IMG/VR virus record: IMGVR_UViG_3300037589_000106
Span: 1-26,689 of that record
Reading direction: 5' to 3' (one strand)
Source of the DNA: a virus
Taxonomy: Duplodnaviria; Caudoviricetes
Length of the DNA: 26,689 bases
A program made the position numbers and the translations under genes. The notes below the pieces were generated by a model. It had not been told where the DNA came from. It saw only the letters and a program-made list of their open reading frames with translations, and did not search any database. Below, in pieces: positions 1-6,221 of this stretch. Every line of letters begins with the position of its first letter. Position 1 is the first letter of the stretch.

Positions 1-241
1 TGTGTCCTGATGCGATACTCCGGCACCACTTCGCCGCGTCTTTCATCGCCGCGTTACGCTGGTCGCGGTCGCCGGTCAGCGGCCAGGTCAGCCGGTAGGT
101 GGCCTCGCCCTTGCATACAACGCCTTCAAGCTTGTGGGCCAGTTTCCCCGGCTCGCTGTAGATGACGATTTTGCCCTCGGCGTCGCCTTGGACGGTCACG
201 GGGACTTCGTGGATGGTGGCGGTGGGTGTCGTAAGTTGCAT
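1..241 (-). CDS. Hypothetical protein, 3' end runs off the window (MQLTTPTATIHEVPVTVQGDAEGKIVIYSEPGK...)
   Basis: Not in the ORF track. ATG at 241 directly follows the HNH stop (TGA-ATG), AGGAG RBS upstream, and the frame is open to the window edge. Confidence 0.75.
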   Translation of the reverse strand, partial: MQLTTPTATIHEVPVTVQGDAEGKIVIYSEPGKLAHKLEGVVCKGEATYRLTWPLTGDRDQRNAAMKDAAKWCRSIASGH

Positions 242-769
242 TCAATAACTCCTGCGATTGCCCTTTGATGTGTTGCAGCGAGAGCATGTGAGTTGATAGT
301 TGTCGATGTGGTCTGGGCCACCTTTGCTACGAGGATGTATGTGATCTGTGTGAACCAAGCCCGTCCTTATGCGGCACTTTTGGCATCGGTCATGCCCCTT
401 AACAAGGGAGACCCGAGAATGTCTCGCAGCCCCCGTACTTGGGCACTTCATCATTTTTTGGACGAGGCAGTAGACATCCATTTGGTTCCATATAAACACG
501 TCATCCAGCCCAGACCTCTCGTGAATCTCCCACATATGCTGTACGTTTCTGTAAAGCCACTTGAACCAATCGGTATCCGGTGCGTCATTTCGTATGCTTC
601 CTTCACATGCGTCCATCAGGCGGACTATTGACCTGCCCAATGGCAACTGCTCGAATGTCATCTTGTTTTTTGTTCTTTTTGGGAGCGCTATGGTGCGCCT
701 GTTTTCATTTTTGTTGTTTGGAGTAGGACGATTGTCCTGTCCACTAACTTGAAACAGGCCTTGCTCCAT
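242..769 (-). CDS. HNH endonuclease
   Basis: C-terminal CQKC...HTDHIHPRSKGG...NYQLTCSRCNTSKG is a classic Zn-binding HNH motif. Start uncertain: ATG 769 has AGGA upstream; alternatives at 817 or about 660. Confidence 0.85.
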   Translation of the reverse strand: MEQGLFQVSGQDNRPTPNNKNENRRTIALPKRTKNKMTFEQLPLGRSIVRLMDACEGSIRNDAPDTDWFKWLYRNVQHMWEIHERSGLDDVFIWNQMDVYCLVQKMMKCPSTGAARHSRVSLVKGHDRCQKCRIRTGLVHTDHIHPRSKGGPDHIDNYQLTCSRCNTSKGNRRSY

Positions 770-1604
770 GTTCTTCCTGTGCAAAGTGTTGTTCAGACTT
801 TTCGATGTATTCAGCACACGGCTCGATGCCGACGTACTGACGACCCATCCGATTGGCTACGATCCCCGTCGTGCCACTGCCGTGGAACGGGTCTAGAACG
901 CAATCGCCTTGACGACTCGTTCCCTTGATGCACGTTTTGACTAGCTGCTGTGGCATGCACGCGAAGTGCCAGCCGTTCCCGTTTGCAGAAGGCACAGACC
1001 ACACATTCCGCCGCCGACGTGTATCAGTTGTGACACCCGGCTCAGACATTGCCTTGGTGTTGAACATGTACTTACGAGACTTCGCAAGCATGAAAACAAA
1101 CTCATAGGAAGAGACACAGCGGTCTTTGGCTCCGCCTGGCATCGGGGCGGGCTTATGCCATATGACGGCGTCTCTCAAATACCATCCTGCATCCCGCAAA
1201 GCGAATGCGACAGCCCAAGGTGTACCGCAAAGGTCTTTCGGCTTGAGTGTGGAATCAGCTCGTTTTGGTAACGCGTACTCACCGCCTCCGCGTGTCTTGC
1301 CTCCTAAATGATCTGTGGCCCCGTTTCTGTTCGTGAGGCTTTTGCAGTAAAAGCCATCCCCGATGTTCAGCCAAAATACGCCGGAGCTTTTCAGTGTGCG
1401 GCGTACTCCTTCGCAGATATGGACCATCTTTGCGACGTATTCCTCTTGTGTTGCTTCCAGGCCAAACGTAGACGGGCAGCCCTTGTACACACGCTGACCC
1501 CAATAAGGCGGGCTTGTGACGCAACACTGCACGGATTCGTCTGGAATGTCCTGCAGACGATCCTCGGCCGTTCCTTCCAAAATAGACCATGTCGGGCCAA
1601 ACAT
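744..1604 (-). CDS. Site-specific DNA methyltransferase, N6_N4_Mtase family, beta-class (SPPY suggests N4-cytosine)
   Basis: Catalytic VTSPPYW precedes the SAM-binding VLDPFHGSGTTG; also WLNIGD and VIWHKP. ATG at 1604 is coupled (TGATG) to the upstream small ORF. Confidence 0.93.
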   Translation of the reverse strand: MFGPTWSILEGTAEDRLQDIPDESVQCCVTSPPYWGQRVYKGCPSTFGLEATQEEYVAKMVHICEGVRRTLKSSGVFWLNIGDGFYCKSLTNRNGATDHLGGKTRGGGEYALPKRADSTLKPKDLCGTPWAVAFALRDAGWYLRDAVIWHKPAPMPGGAKDRCVSSYEFVFMLAKSRKYMFNTKAMSEPGVTTDTRRRRNVWSVPSANGNGWHFACMPQQLVKTCIKGTSRQGDCVLDPFHGSGTTGIVANRMGRQYVGIEPCAEYIEKSEQHFAQEEHGARPVSS

Positions 1605-1687
1605 CAGCACACCCTCCCCATCAACGAATCCCAACCCACAGCCAACAACCAGCCCGGGAAAAACAACATCAGCTTCAAGCGTCTCAT
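1604..1687 (-). CDS. Small hydrophobic peptide, 27 aa (MRRLKLMLFFPGWLLAVGWDSLMGRVC)
   Basis: ATGA overlap with the upstream gene, TGATG overlap with the MTase, AGGAGG RBS; it fills the gap exactly. Confidence 0.65.
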   Translation of the reverse strand: MRRLKLMLFFPGWLLAVGWDSLMGRVC

Positions 1688-1980
1688 GCGGCCTCCTGTT
1701 CGAGTTCGACGCGTTCCTTCAGCGATTCCAGAACCTTGGCCCAGCCAACAGCGGCCAGCTCGTAGACCAAGTGGTCGGCCTTCGCACCGGCACGCATGGC
1801 GACGCCAGCCTTGTCGCTGGCCAGCTCAACCAGGCCGATGAATTGGTCGCCGCTCATCTCGGACAGCAGGTCGCACAGCCGGGTGTACTTCTCGTCGTCC
1901 ATGCGCTGCGACGCCAGCGCTTCGGCACGGTGCGCGTTGAGCAGTTGGAGCGCTTGCTTGAGGTCCGCGTTCATGCCCAT
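1684..1980 (-). CDS. Hypothetical helical protein (MGMNADLKQALQLL...)
   Basis: Protein-like composition, in operon orientation, GAAAGG upstream; start at 1980 or 1974 rather than 2091. Confidence 0.75.
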   Translation of the reverse strand: MGMNADLKQALQLLNAHRAEALASQRMDDEKYTRLCDLLSEMSGDQFIGLVELASDKAGVAMRAGAKADHLVYELAAVGWAKVLESLKERVELEQEAA

Positions 1981-1991
1981 CCGCCTTTCGT

Positions 1992-2031
1992 AAAAAACCC
2001 CGGCCCGGAGCAAACGCTCAACGGGCCGAGG
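1992..2031 (-). terminator. Intrinsic terminator downstream of the Xis-like gene
   Basis: Minus strand CCTCGGCCCG...CGGGCCGGGG stem followed by TTTTTT. Confidence 0.7.
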
Positions 2032-2050
2032 CTTCCGGGGGTTTCGATGT

Positions 2051-2254
2051 TCAAGACGCGCCACCTTCGGACAGCGAGGCGATAAACGCATCGACCGCAG
2101 ACTGGCGAACGCGGACCGTCCGGTGGTTGATCTTCACCGACTCGATCTTGCCTTCACGGATGTACTTGCGGACGGTCCGGGCCTTGAGCTGAAGCAACTC
2201 GGCGACACCTTCGACCGTTAAAAGCCTGTCTTGCTGGGTTGATTGCTGTTCCAT
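2051..2254 (-). CDS. Excisionase-family (HTH_17 / MerR-like) DNA-binding protein, in a Cro-like position
   Basis: LLTVEGVAELLQLKARTVRKYIREGKIESVKI...VRV...VDAFI matches the excisionase-type winged HTH pattern. Confidence 0.88.
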   Translation of the reverse strand: MEQQSTQQDRLLTVEGVAELLQLKARTVRKYIREGKIESVKINHRTVRVRQSAVDAFIASLSEGGAS

Positions 2255-2261
2255 GGCACCA

Positions 2262-2315
2262 AAAGTACAAAAATGTATTTGCTCTGCAAGCGTTTATGGT
2301 ACATATTTGTACTTT
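2262..2315. promoter_or_regulatory. Divergent promoter/operator region with a 16-bp inverted repeat
   Basis: AAAGTACAAAAATGTA (2262-2277) and TACATATTTGTACTTT (2300-2315) match 15/16 as an inverted pair. Minus-strand TTGCAG-N16-TACTTT promoter candidate. AT-rich, between two DNA-binding genes. Confidence 0.7.
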
Positions 2316-2352
2316 CAGTGCCCTTGAATGTATGTAAAAAGGCGTAGAACCT

Positions 2353-2676
2353 ATGTTTATGGCACAGAAAAATACTTATCCACAGACCCAATTCAGGGTG
2401 GACATGGCCGGCGAACTCAAAGATCGGGTTGGCGACTACTGCGACTCGATGGACATGACGATGAAAGGCGTCACGAATCGACTGTTTGAGTGGTTCCTGA
2501 AACTGCCGCCAGAAATCAAGGCCGACATTATGCACCAATACCCGGATAGGATCAGACCTGACGTATTGCGTCTGATTTTGGAGAATGCACTAGGCGAAGC
2601 TTCGGCGCTGGGCTCGGATGACGACGCTCAAGCGAGTCAGCAAAAGCCCGGCAAAAAGCGGGGCTCTGCCGGTTGA
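2353..2676 (+). CDS. Putative ribbon-helix-helix (Arc/CopG-like) transcriptional regulator
   Basis: TQFRVDM (alternating strand), GELKDRVGDYCDS (helix A), TMKGVTNRLFEWFL (helix B); divergent from the Xis-like gene. Confidence 0.65.
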   Translation: MFMAQKNTYPQTQFRVDMAGELKDRVGDYCDSMDMTMKGVTNRLFEWFLKLPPEIKADIMHQYPDRIRPDVLRLILENALGEASALGSDDDAQASQQKPGKKRGSAG

Positions 2677-2752
2677 GAATCGCCGCAACTCTGGCGATGT
2701 CAACATGCTTAGCGCCCTCTTCAGGTGAAAGCCGTTTGATGTTCTTGTCCAT
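2552..2752 (-). CDS. Possible small protein overlapping the RHH gene in antisense
   Basis: GAGGGG RBS 6 nt before the ATG and plausible composition, but a 125-nt antisense overlap with the RHH gene. Confidence 0.4.
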   Translation of the reverse strand: MDKNIKRLSPEEGAKHVDIARVAAILNRQSPAFCRAFADSLERRHPSPAPKLRLVHSPKSDAIRQV

Positions 2753-2850
2753 GGATAACCCCTCGTAGATGTGGGAAGTTGAGTCAGTAACCGCGACATC
2801 ATATCAACGTTTCTGTGCGCACAAAGCTCTATTTCATATACACTTGCATC

Positions 2851-3135
2851 ATGAACAAATCAGCGCTTACCACAAATGCCCTGCTTGCCCTGAATGCCGC
2901 GTTGCTGGCCGTTCTCGTCATGCTCAGCGTTGACGCCGATGACGAACAACCGCTCTGGCAGTACAAACGCATCGAGTCGGCCGACATCACCGCCGAAGGC
3001 CAGGCCAACACCATGGGCATCACAGGCTGGGAGCTGGTCAACTCCTACCCCAAGCCAGGCTCGAACGGCGGCGTCGTCATCCTCGATTTCAAGCGCCCGG
3101 CGGGCTACGAAGACCTCGAAAACGCCAACCCTTGA
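2851..3135 (+). CDS. DUF4177-like protein with an N-terminal membrane anchor or signal
   Basis: Hydrophobic N-terminus (LLALNAALLAVLVML), then WQYK...NTMGITGWELV...FKRP, the DUF4177 pattern. Confidence 0.75.
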   Translation: MNKSALTTNALLALNAALLAVLVMLSVDADDEQPLWQYKRIESADITAEGQANTMGITGWELVNSYPKPGSNGGVVILDFKRPAGYEDLENANP

Positions 3136-3163
3136 TTCCGGCCTGTAAACGCGGTTTTTCAAT

Positions 3164-3445
3164 CGCTTAGCGGACCCCTCTGAGCCCCCCGCTTAGTGGC
3201 CCCCCCAGAGGGGTGGGCTAAGCGGGGGGCTAAGCGACCCCCTACTTTTGGGCACCCCTCGTAACGGCCCAGAAATGGGGTTGCCATGTCGTGACCCGAG
3301 ACCGCCACCCCGCGGAAAAACCTCGTTCAACCTCGTTGCCAGCCCCCCGCTAAGCGACCCCCTTAGAGCCCCCCGCTAAGCGAGGGGCTAAGCCCCCCAC
3401 TAAGCGGCCCCCTCTGAGACCCCCACCACCAAGCCAAGCCAAGCC
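3164..3445. repeat. Non-coding cluster of CTAAGC/GCTTAG repeats with C/G runs (candidate origin or protein-binding array)
   Basis: About 8 CTAAGC cores. Perfect 14-bp inverted repeat (3183-3196/3218-3231). 17-bp direct repeat AGCCCCCCGCTAAGCGA (3341, 3367) with a variant at 3391. AACCTCGTT x2 and CCAAG x3. Confidence 0.85.
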
Positions 3446-3604
3446 TATACCTTGGTGGCTGCGCCACCTAGGTTGCGGCACGCTACGCGATGCCGCCAGA
3501 TTGGTTTCCCAAGACACCGAAGAAGGGGGGTCGACTCGCTCGCGCTCGACCGCTACACTCGGCTGGGCCAAAGGGGGGTCGGGGGGTTCCAAGGAAGCCG
3601 CCTC

Positions 3605-3632
3605 TTGACACGGGCTGCGTTTCGCCGATACT
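3605..3632 (+). promoter_or_regulatory. Sigma70-like promoter upstream of the late operon
   Basis: TTGACA (3605-3610), N16, GATACT (3627-3632). Confidence 0.55.
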
Positions 3633-3730
3633 GCGGGTGTTCGCACCCCGTCGAGAGTGTTGGCTCGGCGATCCCGGCTACGGCACGCATGGACGCTACC
3701 CCGCAACCCGGCTGACGCTCCCCGCCTGTC

Positions 3731-4225
3731 GTGGCCGGCTTCGTTGCCGTGCCCACGCCCAACCACGATCCCGACCGCACCGTTGACTTTTCGCCCGGAC
3801 CTTGGGGCGACGGAATCCTGCTGCGGTTCATCGCGCCGCAGCGGGCGCTGGTCGAGCAGCGCGTCGTCGTGTTCGGCCGGGTCATCCCCGCCGGCTACGA
3901 GACGGACGGCGCGAGCGTGCCGGGGCGTGCGGCGCGGTACACCGACCTGCTGCCGGCGGCGCTGGCTCACGACGAGAAGTACGACCCTTGGCCCGGGCCT
4001 GACCGCGTGAAGCGTCGGGACAAAACGCGATTGCAGGCTGACCGGGAGTTTAAGCGCGACGTGCTGGCCACGCTCGCGTTTTTGCGTGAAGACCTGCCGC
4101 CGATCAAGCGTGCCATCCAGGCCGCTCGCGATCGTGCGCGCGCCTCGTACCTCTACGCCGCTGTCCGTGCCGGCGGGTGGGTGGCTTGGAACCGAGGCAC
4201 GAAGAACGGGACGGTGAACGTATGA
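3731..4225 (+). CDS. DUF1353 family protein
   Basis: IPAGYETDGASVP...AALAHD..Y...ADREF...YAAVRAGG signature; start uncertain. Confidence 0.85.
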   Translation: MAGFVAVPTPNHDPDRTVDFSPGPWGDGILLRFIAPQRALVEQRVVVFGRVIPAGYETDGASVPGRAARYTDLLPAALAHDEKYDPWPGPDRVKRRDKTRLQADREFKRDVLATLAFLREDLPPIKRAIQAARDRARASYLYAAVRAGGWVAWNRGTKNGTVNV

Positions 4226-4485
4226 AACTCGACACCCTGATTGCCACGCTGTTCATCCTCGCCGCGCTGCTCGTGACGTGCGCCGGCTGCGAGGCCCGCA
4301 AGTTCACCGCGACCAGGCCGGACGGGACCGTCATCACCTACGAGCGTGTGACAGCTATCGGCGACAGCCAGAGCGAGGGCGTGAGCGTGAGCAAGGCCGG
4401 CGACGACCTGACCGTCGATGTCGGCGCGACCGGTAGCGAGGCCAAGGTCGAGGTGTTGCAGGCAGTGCTCGAAGCGATCAAGTAA
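4222..4485 (+). CDS. Putative small lipoprotein (possibly spanin-like)
   Basis: MK plus hydrophobic stretch plus lipobox-like TCAG|C; ATGA coupling with DUF1353. Confidence 0.65.
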   Translation: MKLDTLIATLFILAALLVTCAGCEARKFTATRPDGTVITYERVTAIGDSQSEGVSVSKAGDDLTVDVGATGSEAKVEVLQAVLEAIK

Positions 4486-4548
4486 CCCACGGACGGGCGG
4501 GTCGGCAGGGACGCCGGCCCTGTTTTTGATTCACGCACGGACTCAAGC
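4486..4548 (+). promoter_or_regulatory. Structured leader: two GGA-loop hairpins plus a third ANGGAC at the RBS; the second hairpin is followed by a T-run
   Basis: CCC-ACGGAC-GGG (4486-4497); GGGTCGGC-AGGGAC-GCCGGCCC-TGTTTTT (4499-4527); ACGGAC (4537-4542). Confidence 0.55.
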
Positions 4549-4818
4549 ATGAACTTCGCAGCGCAAGCCATCACGGAACAAACCGGCCTCGCCATCGGCC
4601 TGGTCATCGCCATCATCACCGCGATCGTTGGCTGTACGTACTGGCTAAGCAACCGCCTGTCGTCGATCGACTCGCGGCTGAGCAGGTTGGAGGAAAACCA
4701 CTACACCGTCGCCGAGGCCGAGGCTCACGCCTTGCGACTCGCCCTTGAGAATCCGTCGATCAACGTGCCCGATCCCCGCAACCCGGGTGAGCTGCTGCGC
4801 GTGGGAGGCCACGATTGA
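4549..4818 (+). CDS. Single-pass membrane protein, holin-like
   Basis: One TM segment (LAIGLVIAIITAIVGCTYWL) followed by a short coiled coil (LSSIDSRLSRLEE); lysis-module position. Confidence 0.55.
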   Translation: MNFAAQAITEQTGLAIGLVIAIITAIVGCTYWLSNRLSSIDSRLSRLEENHYTVAEAEAHALRLALENPSINVPDPRNPGELLRVGGHD

Positions 4819-6218
4819 AACGCACCCTGACCGCCATCCTGCTGCTGTTCGTTCTGCCCGCGTCGGCCGGCCTGTCCGACGCCGAGCGGGCCGAGCTCGA
4901 AGAGATCCGCGACGAGGCGGTGCGGTCGCGTGCGTTCATCCGCGCGGCCGAGACGCAACTGTCCAAGGTCATCGACCGCATCGACGCGATGCTGGCGGAC
5001 GAACCCGTGGTGGACGCCGCACCGGAGCCCGACCCGCCGGCACTGCCCGACAACGTGCTCAAGCTGCCGGCCAACGCGACGCTCGCCCAGGTGCAGGCCG
5101 CGCTCGACGGCGATCGCCCGGTCGCCGTGGCCGCGGGGTCGGTGTTCGACGGCTCGCTCGTCTTGCCCGACTCGACCGAATGGCTGGGCGTCCACGGCGA
5201 CGGCGACAGGCCGATCCTCAACGTGCCCGTCGGCGAGCACGGCATCGAGGCGACCAGCGACCGCATCGAATCGCTGACGATCGAGGGTTGGTCGGTGCGA
5301 GGCCCCGACGCCCTGCAATCGGACATCTGCGGTATCCGGCTGCGCCTCAACGCTCAAGAAGGCCGGTACGCAAAATCGGTGGTGCTCACCGACTGCGAGG
5401 TCCGCGACTTCGACGTGCTGATCGAGGTCGTCGATGACTGGGCGCGGTTCCAAGACCCGGGCACGCCCGGCCGGATCAAGCTCGCCGTCGCCGACTGCAT
5501 CCTCGCAAACGCCGTGGGCAGCGACAGCCACGCGGCCGGCCTGTACGTCGAAGGGTTGGCCGAGGGATCGAGCGTCGATCGCACGGTCATCTGGCACGTC
5601 GGCTGGACCGAGGACGGCCGCGACCCGCGCGAGAAGCGAAGCCACTGCATCTACGCCCAGCAGTTCGGCGCGCCGCTCACGGTGCGCGACAGCTACTTCG
5701 GCGAGCCGAGCGCGGCGGCGCTGATGATGCGGCGCGGCGGCACGGTCGAGCGCGTGGTCATCAGCGGGGCCGCAACGCCTGTGGTGATGTTCGGCTCGTC
5801 GAGCAAGCTCATCGACGCCGCGATCATCAACCACCGCGACATCGACGACACGCCAGACGGCCAGCGGATCAAGGCGGTCAACGCCTGGGACGCCGACCGA
5901 TTCGATATGCGCGGCGTGGTCATCGCGCGGCGCGACGGCGACCCGCTCAATCGCCCCGTCGTGGCGATCAGCGCGAGCGTGGCCGACGTGCGGGGCAACG
6001 CGGTCATCGCGTGGCCCAGCGGCGTCGAGACGTTCAACGTCAACGGTGTCGCGCTCGACGGCGAGCAGGACAACCGCGTCATCGCCCAGGACCGCGGCGT
6101 GCCGAGCGTCACACCCGAACTGCTCGACCGCTTGATGAATCGCCAGCGTGGCGAGACGTGGGCGGAGCAGGACGCCCCGGCGGCTTTTGTGAAGCGGGCA
6201 CAGGAGGCGATTGGTTGA
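4815..6218 (+). CDS. Secreted protein with a coiled coil, Pro linker and probable right-handed parallel beta-helix
   Basis: TTG start with GGAGG RBS; signal peptide MKRTLTAILLLFVLPASA; beta-helix-like stretches (SHAAGLYVEG, IWHVGW, SHCIYAQ, TVRDSYF, RGGTVERVVI). Confidence 0.7.
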   Translation: MKRTLTAILLLFVLPASAGLSDAERAELEEIRDEAVRSRAFIRAAETQLSKVIDRIDAMLADEPVVDAAPEPDPPALPDNVLKLPANATLAQVQAALDGDRPVAVAAGSVFDGSLVLPDSTEWLGVHGDGDRPILNVPVGEHGIEATSDRIESLTIEGWSVRGPDALQSDICGIRLRLNAQEGRYAKSVVLTDCEVRDFDVLIEVVDDWARFQDPGTPGRIKLAVADCILANAVGSDSHAAGLYVEGLAEGSSVDRTVIWHVGWTEDGRDPREKRSHCIYAQQFGAPLTVRDSYFGEPSAAALMMRRGGTVERVVISGAATPVVMFGSSSKLIDAAIINHRDIDDTPDGQRIKAVNAWDADRFDMRGVVIARRDGDPLNRPVVAISASVADVRGNAVIAWPSGVETFNVNGVALDGEQDNRVIAQDRGVPSVTPELLDRLMNRQRGETWAEQDAPAAFVKRAQEAIG

Positions 6219-6221
6219 GTT

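Noticed and set aside
2051-2254. Integration module (Xis with integrase/att)
   Set aside because: No integrase or att-like repeat is in the window; the position fits a Cro-like regulator equally well.
3164-3445. CRISPR array
   Set aside because: The repeats are short, in mixed orientation and irregularly spaced, with no unique spacers and no cas genes.
3350-3970. 206-aa minus-strand ORF, or a replication initiator spanning the repeats
   Set aside because: Low-complexity translation that overlaps DUF1353 in antisense. The Pro/Lys-rich plus frame over the repeats has a stop at 3351 and no convincing start.
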